Shown here: positions 51,458 to 64,000 of the stretch, piece after piece
How the letters are laid out: the number at the start of each line of letters is the position of its first letter
Numbering within the stretch: the first letter of the stretch is position 1
Assembly (NCBI GenBank): GCA_002104945.1
Contig: MCFH01000003.1
Span: forward strand, 496,001 to 560,000
Reading direction: 5' to 3'
Length of the DNA: 64,000 nucleotides
DNA from: Piromyces finnis finn
Lineage: Eukaryota; Fungi; Neocallimastigomycota
Notes under the pieces: generated by a model
The model's input: the letters and a program-made list of their open reading frames with translations, nothing else
What the model was told of the DNA's origin: nothing
Databases searched by the model: none
Translations under genes and position numbers: made by a program

Positions 51458-52363
51458 TAATTTCAGTATTTTTAAATGAAATAGTTTGATCACTTTATTA
51501 AATTAAATATATTACATTATATTATAATATATAAGGTTTAATAATAGTCTTTCTCATCTATCAAAAAAAAAAAAAAGTAAAATTTTTTGATAAGTAACAA
51601 AAAAAAAAAAAAAACCCACCACACCAACCCAAAAAAAATACATAAAAAAATCGAAATCTAAATTAAATTTCAATTTATTTTAATATATTAAACTTTCATA
51701 TATTATTTTATTTTATTTTATTTTATTTTATTATCATTCTTTTAAATAAATAAATTTTTTTTTTATTTTTTATTTTAAAAGAATTAGTGTACTTTATTAA
51801 AAAAAAAAAAAAAAAGTAATTATAATTATTTGTTAATACTTTGAATAAATAAATAAAAAAGAATATTATTCTATATTAAAACCATTAATTATAATTGAAT
51901 TTAATGTTCATTAAAAAAAAACACATTTTAAAAGTGAATGGGAATAATTATAAGAATAATTTCAATAGATGATAACTATTCAATACATTTTAAATGGATC
52001 AATGTTTTTAAAATACATGAATATTAATATTATTAAAGTAAAGGAGAGAGAGAGAGAAAAAAAAATTTAAAATTATATCATAGTAATAACACAAATATAC
52101 TATTCAAAATTTGTACTCTTGTAAACTTTTTCAAAAACTTGGCATCATTTTTATTATAAATTCAAATTAACAGGAAAAAAAAAAAAAGGAAAAATTATTT
52201 TCTAGTATATATATTTTATATTCATAATGTATCATAGGAATATACCTTTTGAAATAAAATGAAAAAAGAATAAACAAACAAAAAAAAAATAGTCACATAT
52301 AATTGCATTAGATTAAAAGTAGGAAAGATTTTATATGTAAAAATTAATATGAAATTTAAATTC

Positions 52364-52396
<33 letters not shown>

Positions 52397-52919
52397 TTAG
52401 GATGATATTGATATATATGATAGTTGAGTAAAATATGAGATAAAAACAATACTATAAATTTTTTTTTTTTATTCAGAAAAAAAGAATTTGAATGAATGTT
52501 TTTAATTATTTTTTAAAATGTATCATAAAACTATTATATCATATTAATAAATAAATATACAGTAATAATAAATATCATAATAATAAATTACAAAAAAAGA
52601 TAAAAAAAAATATATATTACATTTACAAATTATATTAAATAATAAATTGTGTCAAGTATAAAAGTGATAATAATAACAATTTTTAATATTTTGAAAATTA
52701 TATAATTAATATAACACTTGATTAGAAAAATTAAATATATTCACTACTCATATATTCTATATACTAATTTTATACCTTTTTTTTTTTTTATAAAATATTT
52801 ATATAAATAATATAATGTTATACTACTACTACTACTACTAATAATAATAATAATAATAAAAAACTTTTTTATAATTAATAATACTATTTCAATAATACAA
52901 TAATGAAAAATAGTAAAAA

Positions 52920-55076
52920 ATGGAAGTTATTGGTAAGCTTTTTTCCATTATTTAACATGATTTTTTTTTTTAAAAATAAAGCATATTTTCCCCCCTCAAT
53001 GTATTATTGTACTAAAATCTATACCTGCCTATATTAATTAAATATATATATTTACCATAAATATATTTATATATCTATAAAAAAAGATCCATCTGAGTAT
53101 TCTCATCCATTCTTTCATCTTCCTAACAATCAAACTATTGTTAGAATCCCGGATTTTGAATTAGAATGCGGAGAGGTATTAAAGAGACCACAAGTTGCTT
53201 TTAAAACTTTCGGTAAATTAAATGAAACAAGAGATAATGTTTTAGTTATTTGTCATGCTTTATCTGGCTCCTGTGATGTTGAAGATTGGTAATTTTTAAA
53301 ATGTCAAATAATATATAAATAAATATTACAAATATTGAGAAGATTTAAATTTTTTCAAAAGAATATAAAAAATGATAGATAGTTAGATCGATTGATTATT
53401 AATAATATATGTTTTTTATTTTCAATTATTTTTAATAAAGGTGGGGTCCATTACTTGGTCCAGGAAAACCATTTGACCCAACTATTTTCTTTATTTTCTG
53501 TGGTAATGTTCTTGGTTCACCATATGGTACTGCCTCACCAATTACAATTAATCCAGAAACCGGACGTCGTTATGGTCCAGAATTCCCATTAACCACTATT
53601 CGTGATGATGTCAGAATCCACAAATATGTTTTAGATCAATTAAATGTTAAATCTGTTGAATATGTCATTGGTGGTTCTTTAGGTGGAATGCAAGTAAGTT
53701 TTTTAAATTGAAATATAACATATTACATATAATGCAAGATGTCATTTATTTGTGAGAATTTTATAGTTAATAGTCATTAAATATATATATAATGATAATA
53801 TATAATTTTATAATTATGATTAAATGATAGGCTTTAGAATGGGCATTCTTTGGAAAAGACTATGTTCATAATATTGTTGCTATTGCTACTGCTTCTTATC
53901 AATCTGCCTGGGGTATTTCATGGAATGAAGCTCAACGTCAAGCCATTTTCTGTGATCCAAATTATAGTAATTTTTTTAATTTTATTTTGTATTTTATATA
54001 TAAAATACAATATTAAAATATATTAACTATTTTTTTTTTTTTTTTTTTCATTATTATTAATATAAATATATTTTTTAATATATAAGAAAATGGTTATTAT
54101 ACCGAAGATAAAGTAAATATTTATTATTATTATTATTATTAAACAATTTAACATATCATAAAAAGTATGTTTATTAATTTTAATTTATCTTTTAAATATA
54201 ATTCAGCAACCTGAATTTGGTTTATCAAATGCTCGTATTCAAGCTTTATTAACATATAGATCAAGAAATTCTTTCCAAAAAAGATTTGGTAGAAAATTAA
54301 TGCCAATTAAAAACTCATATCAAAATAATGGAACAACACCTTCAAATTCATCCTTAATTCATAATGAAGGTAATGGTTCTCTTCGTTTAAACGATCCAAA
54401 AATAAAAAAACCATTACCAATGGCCAATTGTAATAAAAAGACACTTCTTCAACAACCATCTGTTTATTCTGCCCAAAGTTATTTACGTTATCAAGGAGAT
54501 AAATTTGTAAAAAGATTTGACGCTAATTGTTATATTGCACTTACTCGTAAGTTAGATTGCCACGATATTGCTCGTGATCGTTTTGATACTATTGCCGAAG
54601 CTTTACGTTCTATTCAACAAAATGTTTTAGTTGTTGGTATTGAAACTGATGGTCTTTTCAGTATTTCAGAACAAAATGAAATAGCAGCTAATATTATTAA
54701 AGCTGATATGCATGTTATTCAAAGTGATGATGGTCATGATGGATTTTTATTAGTAAGTTGAAAAAAAAAAAAAAAAAGCAATTATAAAATGATCATAGTT
54801 TTTTTTTATACATATAATGCATTAATACTATTGTAATTTTAGTAGTCATACTTTTTATAATATTAATAATTATATATATATATATATGTTTTTTTTTTTT
54901 CTATTCTTATTTAACCCTAGGAATTCCAACAAATGATTAATTATCTTATAGAATTCATGAAAAACTTTACTCCAAAATATCCTGTTGGTTTATACAATTT
55001 AACAATAGATGATAAACCAAATAAATCCAGTACTTTTGGTGAAATAGAAATAGAAGAAGATGATGATGAAGAATAA
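52920..55076 (+). CDS. MET2: Homoserine O-acetyltransferase (MET2/MetX family), multi-exon
   Basis: MEVI|DPSEY..FELECGEVL..TFGKLNETRDNVLVICHALSGS..DW|WGPLLGPG..FCGNVLGSPYGTASP..YGPEFPLTTIRDDVRIH..IGGSLGGMQ|ALEW..KFVKRFDANCYI..SDDGHDGFLL|EFQQ..STFGE. Catalytic Ser/Asp/His are present. Confidence 0.94.
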
Positions 55077-55636
55077 ATAAGCAATAATAAGCATTTCGAA
55101 ATTAACGAATTAAATAATAATTATAATCCATAATTCACATTGTAATCATAATATGAAATTATTTATATACACCATTCTTATTTTCTTATAAATAAATATA
55201 TATAATAATATTTATATATGTATGCCTTTTTTTATATCTTTTTTTTTTTTTTTTTTTTTTAAATAAATATTTATTAATTTTTTGAAACAAATTAAAAATG
55301 ATACTAATAAATAGGTGTAATAAAAAATAAAAAAAATAATAATAATGAAAAAAAAAAAAAGTTTTATATTTACACCGTTATTTATCAATAATAAAAAGAT
55401 GTATAATAATACAAATGAAAAAAAAAAAAAAAAAAAAAAAAAAAGAAAAAGAAAAAAATTGATAAATCATTTTTTCTTTTCATTTTTCTTTTTTAAACAA
55501 TAATAATAATAATAATACAAAAAGATTCCTTCCAAACAACAAACAAAAATAATTTTGAAAAATAAAATAAAATAAAATGTAAATTGATTAAACTATTAAA
55601 TTACAAATAATATTTATATATATATATTTTCTCCAT

Positions 55637-55669
<33 letters not shown>

Positions 55670-56082
55670 AAAAACATAAAAATAGCAAAACAAGCAAACA
55701 AACCAAAAAAAAAAAAAAAACCAAAAAAAAAAAGAAAAAAAAATAGAAAGCATTTCGTTATATAATTCTTTATATTGTAAATTCTTTATTAAATAATAAA
55801 ATAAATAAAAGAATTTTCTTTTTCTTTTTTCTTTTTTTTTTTTTTTTCCTTTCTCTTTAAAGATTATCATTCAATTCTAGATTATAATTATAATCCATTT
55901 TTTATTATTATTTTTTATATATTGCAATAAAATTTTATTTATTAATTATTATTTCTAACTTTTTGACAATGATAAAATTATTCTATTTATTTTATTAGTG
56001 AATTAATAATAATAATTGAAAATAATAAAATAAAAATAATATAAAATTAAGAAAGAAAAAAAAAATAGATTATGGATATAAA

Positions 56083-56127
<45 letters not shown>

Positions 56128-56205
56128 GATATTGTGAAATTGGAAAATAAAAAAAAAAAAAGGATTTTTTTTTCTAATAGTTGATTTTTAGCATATCTAT
56201 TGTAT

Positions 56206-56730
56206 TTAAATCTTCTTTAAACTAATCTTAGTAGCACCACTCTTTGTTTTAGTTTGAGTAATTTCAGCATTATTATCCAAGGTATTATCAATAACTTCGG
56301 TTGGAATGGTTCTAAGAATATAATTTACAATATCTTGATGACCTTTAAGTTCGGCATAATAACCTGGTTCTTTATCAGCATTATTCTTAACATTACCAGA
56401 GGCACCAGCAGTAATTAAAAGTTTAACACCATCGAAAAATCCATTAAGGGCAGCCCAATGTAATGGAGTGTTACCTTCTTCATTCTTAATTTCAAGTTCT
56501 TTCTTGGTAAACATACAGTCATTAATAAGATATTCCATAATATCAAGGTGACTATTGGCAGCAGCCATATGTAAAGCAGTTGAACCATAAGCATTCTTTT
56601 TGGAAGCAAGATTACAAATATTGGCGTCTGGATGACTTTCTAAATAATTTTGCATCATAGCTTTCATATCGTCAAGTTCGCCATATCTGGCACAAATTAC
56701 AAATTCTTCAAAATCAAATTCTTCTGACAT
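56206..56730 (-). CDS. YAR1: Ankyrin repeat protein, YAR1-like (Rps3 chaperone)
   Basis: ARYGELDD..GSTALHMAAANSHLDIMEYL..NEEGNTPLHWAALNG parallels yeast Yar1 (ARAGDLD..STALHMAAANGH..GNTALHWASLNG). Confidence 0.8.
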   Translation of the reverse strand: MSEEFDFEEFVICARYGELDDMKAMMQNYLESHPDANICNLASKKNAYGSTALHMAAANSHLDIMEYLINDCMFTKKELEIKNEEGNTPLHWAALNGFFDGVKLLITAGASGNVKNNADKEPGYYAELKGHQDIVNYILRTIPTEVIDNTLDNNAEITQTKTKSGATKISLKKI

Positions 56731-58027
56731 TTTTTAATTTATTAAAACTATGGTTGATTGTTTTTATTTTATTTTATTTTATTTATTTATTTATTTATTA
56801 TTATTATTATTGTTGTTGTTGTTATTGTTTTAATTGAAATTTAATAAATAATATATGTATATTTTTTTGTTTCAAGAGTATTGATAAAAAACCATTGAAA
56901 ATTTTAAATTTTTTTGATATTTTTTTTTAATGATTATTATTATTAAGAGTAGATATTTTTTTTTTTACAGATAAATATATATATATAAATATATAATAAA
57001 AATATTGTATAGAAAAGTTAGTGTATTTTATTTAAATTGTATTTCATTTTAATTTTTATTTTTTAGATTTCAAAGATTTATAAATTTTGAAATTTTATTT
57101 CTCTCTCTTTTTTTCTTTCTTTCTTTCTTTTTCTTTTCAAAAATTAAATATTCATAAAATATTATATTTATAATATTAATAGTATAGCTGTAACGTATTT
57201 TACATTTATTAATTTCTTTTTGATATTTCTTTCTTTTTTTAAAAAAAAAAAAATATTCATTTGATATTGTATATATAATAATAACAGTATATAATTGTAT
57301 AGTTGTTTTCTGTAATATATTATATTTATTAATTTCTTTTTGAAATTCCTTCTTTTCCTTTCCTTTCCTTTCCTTTCCTTTTCTTTTTTTTTTTTTTTTT
57401 TTTTTTAGAAAAAAAGGGAATTAAATTTTTATCCATTGTAAAATATAGAAAATATTGAAACTGTATATCTTTATATAGTTATCCATTTTACTGCTTTTAA
57501 TTAGAAATAAATATATGTTGATACACTTTTTATTATTCTATTTTAATAGACTGAAATATCCCTTCCTTCTCATTTTAAGTTTAAATTTTACTTTTTTTTT
57601 TTTTTTTTTTTTACTTTATTTTTTTTTCATTTCATTTTCAAAATTTACCTTTTCTATTCTTTCTATTAATATTTAAAAAAGATAAATTTTTTTTTTAAAA
57701 AAAAAAATATTTAAAAAAAAAATTAAAAAAATCAATATATTTTAATATATAAAATCAATATATTATACTAAATTAAAATTAGCTATTATCCAATTATTTT
57801 GTTATAATTATTTAATTATAAAATGTTAAAAAAAAAAAGTGTGTTGTTAAATGAAGTTAAAATCATAAACCCCGAAAAAAAGAAAAAAATTACTCAAAAT
57901 AATTAAAAAATATAGATTTTTTTTATGTATTTATGTTATTCTATGAATTTTATTTGTAATATAATGGTATAAAATTAATATAAATATAATATATTTACAG
58001 ATTCTTAGAAATTATGAATAAAGAATT

Positions 58028-58119
58028 TTATTTACTTTGTTCTTTTTTCTTCTTTCTAGTTGAAGTACTTTTATAACTTCTTTTTCTATTATTACTATTA
58101 CTACTACTAATGCTATTAC

Positions 58120-58150
<31 letters not shown>

Positions 58151-58196
58151 GTTATTATTGTTATTATTGTTATTATTATTATTATTATTGTTATTA

Positions 58197-58275
<79 letters not shown>

Positions 58276-60534
58276 AGTTGTTGTTGTTGTTGCTGCTGTT
58301 GCTGCTGTTATTGTTATTATATATATAGCTATTAGAGTATTGGGATATAGAATTTGACCCTACATTATCATCCTTATGATGAATTAGGGAAAGGCTCTCA
58401 ATTGAAAAACTATTGTTGTTTCTTTTGGATTCTTTTTTTATTGTTATTTTTTTCTGTACATTTTCTATTGAATTGGTTGTATTATAATAATTATTTGTAT
58501 TATTATTGTTGGTAATGGAGGTAGACTCCTTATTGTAATAATTATTAGTATTATCTTGAATATCTTTATTATTGTTATTATTATTTATATTGTTACTATT
58601 ATTTATACTGTTGGTATTATTATTTATAGGATTACTATTATTTATACTGTTAGTATTATTGTTATTATTATTTTGATTTTGATTTTGATTTTGATAGGTA
58701 TTATATTTTATATTTTCAAGTTCATCTTCTTCACTTAATTCTACTTCTATTTCATCTTTTTCGGATTCCGTTTCTATTTCTTGTTTTATTCTTTTAACTG
58801 ATTCGTTTATTGTTGGAGAAGAATTACTTTCAATTTTTCGTTTTTCCAATTTCATACAATCTTGATTATTATTATTATCATTAGTATCATTATTACTATC
58901 ATTATTACTATCATTATTAATATCATTATTAATATCATTATTATTATTATGGTTATTATCATTACGATTGTTATTATTATGATTATTATAGGAAGAAGAA
59001 ATGGTTGATAAAGGTATTGAATTTGATATGATATAATTATACGACCTATAATAAATTAAAATATTTTATTGAAATTATTTTAATTTAATTTTGCCTTTAT
59101 TTTTTTTTTTTACTTTAATATTTAGAGAATATTACCATGAATTATATCCAGGAATAGATCCCATATTTTCGAAATAATTACAAAAATCAATAATATTTTG
59201 ACCCCTAAAACGTAAAAAAAAATAAAATAAAATAAAATAAAATAAAATAGGAAATATAATATTAATTTATATTTTATCAATTCTATGAAATTACTTTTAA
59301 TTTTGATTTATCATTATTAAAACTTATTAATACTATTATTGATGATATATGTTAATATGATTGATTAGTATTTAGGTAAAGTTTCAAAATTTACATATAA
59401 ATGAGCATATGAGAAGAATCCTGTATAACTTTTTCTCTTCCTGTTGGTGTAGCAAATGGTACTTTTTTATTAAATATACAATGGGGATATTTTAGGGTGT
59501 CTAGAAACCAGCTCTTTCCAAAATCTGTTTTTAATAGAATGAAACAAGAGGAAATTTCATTACGTTGAAAACGATCTTGAGCAGATTTAAACCATTGTTC
59601 TTGAAAATTTCCATTTTTACTAATTTTATCGGTATGATTTGGAGGATGAAGCCATATATCTCCATACCATGGTTGCTGTAATCCATTCATTTGCTCTGTG
59701 AAAAAGGTTTGTGCTATTTTATTCTCATGTAAATCATTGGCAAATTCACAAGAAGCCGGATCTAAATCAAAACAATTTTTTCTTATTACTTTTTTTGCTG
59801 CTAGAATAATATTTTTGGGGGTGTATAGTTCATTATTTAAATTGGTGAAGGCTACGCCTGTTTCATATTTAATGGTCATCGCAACAACATTTTCTTCAGT
59901 AATATTTTGTCCACTATCACAAACTTGTTTCCATATATATCGTCGTACTTCGGCTGGAAATTTATGTAGACTTCTAATATGCGATATATTCACTGGTATA
60001 GGTAATGTATTATCTTCAACAATTGATTCATAGACACTCCTGTTGTTGTTGTTATTATCCAACATTCAAATAGGTTTTTATATATTATATATAATTTTCA
60101 ATATTCATTTATATTTATTATAGACAAAATAAGAATATAAAATGGTTTTAACAATTATTATTATTATTTTTTCTTTTGTATTTTGTTAAAATTATACTTA
60201 TTATAAATATATATATATATATTATTCTATCTTTTTTTTTTTTTTTTTACTAACGCTGAACATAAATAAGTATTTGTAGTTCTCCTACTAAACATAAATT
60301 TATTTTTTGCATATGTATAAATGGATTTTTCAGGTTCTAATTACCAATTATTTTAAATAATTTATTTTTTTTTAATAAAAAATAAAATTGTTTTATTGAA
60401 TTACTTGTTTTTAATTTTATAAATGATTGCTTACTGTACAAATGATATTCATCAATTTCACGTAATGCAGCAGCTTAAAACAAATAAATAATAAATATAA
60501 AATAGATATAGAGTTATACGTTAAATAATTTTAT

Positions 60535-60567
<33 letters not shown>

Positions 60568-60931
60568 CATTATCTTAGTTATTATATTATTATAAATGAT
60601 TATTTATAAAATTTAAATTTAAAAAAAAAAAAAAAAAAGATAATAGTTATTTAGAGTATTAAATTTAAATTGAAAATTAAAATAACTTATATATATATTA
60701 TTTATAATATAGGATAATAGTCAATGTACATTTTATAATTTTACAATTTTTATTATTTATATATATATATATACAAAAGGTTAATTCCATTTTAAAATAT
60801 TAAAAAAAGTAATTTTAATTACCAACTAAAAAAAACTTTCCAGAACCCAAATGTTCACTAATTATTGCTTCCAGTTCCATTAAACGAGTTTTATTAACAT
60901 CTTCTTCAATCCAATTTCTTTTTTCATCCAT
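58028..60931 (-). CDS. ParB-type HTH fused to a phage-Dam-like N6-adenine methyltransferase domain plus an Asn-rich tail; 653 aa, 6 exons (60931-60823, 60473-60435, 60336-60255, 60039-59395, 59204-59136, 59045-58028)
   Basis: Exon lengths sum to 1962 nt, in frame, with all GT-AG introns. N-terminus: LMELEAII..FFLVAAALREIDEYHLY..SIYTYAKNKFMFSRRTTNTYLCSA. MTase: FDLDPAS (59751-59771), FFTEQMNGLQQPWYGDIWLHPPN, FILLKTDFGKSWF, MLIYMGQNIIDFCNYF. Confidence 0.85.
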
Positions 60932-61583
60932 ACTTTTATTATTATTTAAATATTATATTATTTATTTTTTTAATTAAATATATAATAAAAAGGACTTTAT
61001 AGCATTGCTTTAAATAAATTATTACTGATATAAGTATATTTATTTATCTTATTTTCTATCTTATTATTTATTCTATTTGAAAAAAAAAAAATAAAATAAA
61101 ATAAAAAAAAGAATTATTTATCTATTTATTAAATTCAAAGTTAAATAACTATTTTAATTTATTCATCTGTTAAAAAAAAAAAAGAAAGAAAAATAAAAAA
61201 ACTATTTTTTTATTTATTAAAATAAAAGGATTTTAACCTTCTTTCCTCATCGACATAAAGTACATATCTTTAATAAATATAATAAATATTTATTACACTT
61301 TCAAAACTCAATTATATTACATATATTTTTACACTAAAACTTTGTTAAAAAAAAAACACCATTTTTCTTTTTTAAATTTTTTTATTTATTTTTTTTTACA
61401 TTTACATTATTTCATTTTACAATTTTTTTAATATAAATATTTTATTTATATATTCATGGCTTTACGTATTTAATAGACTTTTTCACCTTACCTAATAAAT
61501 TATTAATATAAAAATTATAAGTATATTGTAAACCAATTTTATAATTTTTAATAATTAATATGTTAAATATAACATTTTAAAAA

Positions 61584-61663
61584 CCGTCAGTAGGTGTGGA
61601 TTATTTGTCTCATTGGGGAGCGACCCCCTCTGAAGTAGCAAATATTTTTTAAAACATCACTCT
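61584..61663 (-). ncRNA. Box C/D snoRNA, U24/SNORD24-like, copy 1
   Basis: Minus strand reads: box C GTGATGT (61660-61654), D' guide ATATTTGCTACT plus CAGA, hairpin GGGG-TCGCT-CCCC, C'-like AATGAGA, box D CTGA (61590-61587). The D' guide is complementary to the conserved LSU rRNA segment GUAGUAGCAAAUAUUC. ATATTTGCTACTTCAGA and AATGAGACA match yeast U24 as I recall it. Confidence 0.85.
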
Positions 61664-61857
61664 TATTTTTAAAATAATATATTTTACTTTAAAAAATCAG
61701 ATATATTTACCTTATGTTTTATTGCAAATTTTTTACTTTCTTTTTTTTTTTTTTTGATAAATAGACTAAATATCAATCTATAAATTTTAAAAAATAATTT
61801 TAGTTTTATATTCACTTTATTGTTAAAATATAATTATTCTTTTAATATTTTAAAAAT

Positions 61858-61939
61858 TCGTCAGTAGGTGTGGATTATTTGTCTCATTGGGGAGCGACCC
61901 CCTCTGAAGTAGCAAATATTTTTTTAAACATCACTCTGA
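61858..61939 (-). ncRNA. Box C/D snoRNA, U24/SNORD24-like, copy 2
   Basis: Near-identical copy 274 bp away: box C at 61934-61928, box D at 61864-61861. Confidence 0.85.
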
Positions 61940-63071
61940 TTTCTAAAATATTTTTTTGATCAATTTTATTTCTTTTTCATTAATTCTTTTATATTTACCT
62001 TTTTAAAAATAATTATTTCCTTTTTACTATTTATATTCTTAATTATTCTTAAAACAACTTTTCTTTTACTCTTTTCTGTTTTTATAATTTTTTTTTTTTT
62101 TAAATGGAATGTTTAATTTTTTTTTAAAAAATTAATAATTAAATATAAAAATAATGAGAGGAAATGATTGGCTAATTCAACAAACAATTAATCATTTTTT
62201 CTGGATCAAAAATAAATAAATTTATTACAATTAATGATTTATGTAGATGGATTGTACATAAATGTAAAAATTCAATATAATAAATATTTTTTTTAAAAAA
62301 AGACATACTTTTTGGTGTGTGTGTTAAAATTGTTAATAAATAGATAGATAGATTTTGATTTAATAAAAACTAATAATGGGATTTTCTTTGAAGTATATCC
62401 ATTTATTTTTTAAATAGTGTTATAAATTTGATCTATTTGTATATTTCCTCTATATTGATATTTATCTTCTTTTATTTTGTTAATAATTTTCAATAGCATT
62501 TTAAAGAAATTAATAAAAAATTTGTATTTTTTTAAATAATTTAATATAAAAATATAAAATATATTTTTTAACCTCTATATCATAAAAATGATTTTAACTT
62601 TTTTGTTATTGTTATTTTTTTATATTTTTTTTATTAATGTTTTTATTTTATTTTTTTTTTTGTTATTGTTTTTAATTTGACTTTTTTTTTTTGTTATTGT
62701 TGTTGTTGTTAGTGTTGTTATTAATTTTTATCAAAAAGGAATAATTAATCTAAATTAATATAAAAGAAAGACAAACTTTAAATTATAAAAAATTTCAATA
62801 AACTTTAAAAACTATTTTCATCAATTTTTCACAGCAGTAAAACCTTAAAAATCATTATTCCAAAAAGTTTTATTACACTATTTTCATTCAAACTTACACT
62901 TTTATTTTTTAATATTAGTGAACAATGATAGTAGTGTTTTAATAAAATTATTGTTTTCTTATGAATTAAATTATATAATAAATACATATATATAACCAAC
63001 AATAAAAAAGTTTAAGCAAACAAAAAAATAATAATAATAATAATATTATTCCAAACTTATAATTTACAATA

Positions 63072-64000
63072 ATGACAGAAATAGATACTAATCCAAATAA
63101 AACTACTATCATTGATGAAGAATTTCATTGTGAATTAAATTTTCATTCCCTTTTTGCTGAAGGTTCAAATTTAACACGTCAAGGAAACTATATTAAAGCT
63201 ATTGATGCATATACAAAAGTAAATTAAAATAAAATATACTTATAATATTTATATTTATAATTTTTTTAGTTAAAATAAACCAGGTTTTGTTTTAAGGCTA
63301 ATTAAATACTATTTAAATATTATTTATCTTTCTATTTTTAAATATAAAAAGGCATTATCTATACGATATGAAGACAAAAATAGTTTAGTAGCAAGATCCT
63401 ACTGTTATTTACAAAGTGGTGATATAGAAAATGCCTTAGATGATGCTAATACTGCTCTTAAAAATGATAAAGACTTTCCAAAGGTATATCTATGAATTTA
63501 ATATTATAATTTATAATTTAATTCAATATTTAGTCAAAGATTATAATTAATATTACTTTTTAATTTAAAAAGGGTATCTTAAGAAAAGCAGAAGCATTAT
63601 ATGCTCAAGGTGATTTCGAAATGGCTTTAGTATACTTTCATAGAGGTAATAAATTACGTCCAGAAATTGAAGATTTCAGACTTGGTATACAAAAATCTAA
63701 AGAAGCAATTGATAATTCCATTGGAGGTATGTTAAAATAATATAAGATCTTTTTTTTTTTTTAAAAAAAAAAAAAACTAAATATAATGCATTTTTATATT
63801 GAAAAATAATAATTAAATTCATTTCATTTTTTTTAAATATATATATTAATTCATAAATGCCTTTTTTTTTCCCCTCATTTTCATTAATAGATCCAAAATT
63901 ATATAAGATCCCAGACTTTAAAAAAGAAAAAGATGTATCACCAACATCTTCACATATACCTTCAACAGCAAAGTTAAAAAATTTATCAGGCAGAGAAAAA
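63072..64000 (+). CDS. TTC25: TPR protein TTC25/ODAD4 (outer dynein arm docking complex subunit 4), 5' part; runs off the right edge
   Basis: FHSLFAEGSNL..AIDAYTK|ALSIRYEDKNSLVARSYCYLQSGDIENALDDA..DFPK|GILRKAEALYAQGDFEMALVYFHRGNKLRPEIEDFRLGIQKSKEAIDNSIG matches TTC25 (DKNCLVARS..KGILQKAETLYTMGDFEFALVFYHRG.KLRP..FRVGIQKAQEAINNSVG). Confidence 0.88.

Overview
Extremely AT-rich, intron-rich eukaryotic DNA. Composition, (AAT)n/(TAAA)n microsatellites, flagellar genes, CBM18-bearing subtilase and a CE1 esterase point to an anaerobic gut fungus (Neocallimastigomycota); this is inferred, not proven. I can support 16 protein-coding genes, most reconstructed by hand across GT-AG introns: the 5' part of a type I PKS, ZZZ3-like, a histidine phosphatase, UTP10, a CE1 esterase, subtilase-CBM18, a Cys-rich type I membrane protein, MYSM1-like, ARL6/BBS3, POLE3/DPB4, a divergent Rho, ANKRD13-like, an M50B-like peptidase, MET2, YAR1 and a ParB-HTH-Dam methyltransferase-like gene. 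A 17th, the 5' part of TTC25/ODAD4, is cut by the right edge. Two tandem U24-like box C/D snoRNAs are also present. Most notable: (1) a ParB-HTH/Dam N6-adenine methyltransferase homologue with NPPY replaced by HPPN, lying directly downstream of a spliced non-coding leader whose introns hold two identical U24-like snoRNAs with a non-canonical D-box guide; (2) a prenylatable Rho with degenerate G1 and G3 motifs, a candidate pseudoGTPase; (3) a PKS beginning with an ACP-like domain that lacks the phosphopantetheine serine; (4) a MYSM1-like deubiquitinase with a 23x22-aa acidic repeat insert. Family assignments come from remembered motifs; no database searches were run.
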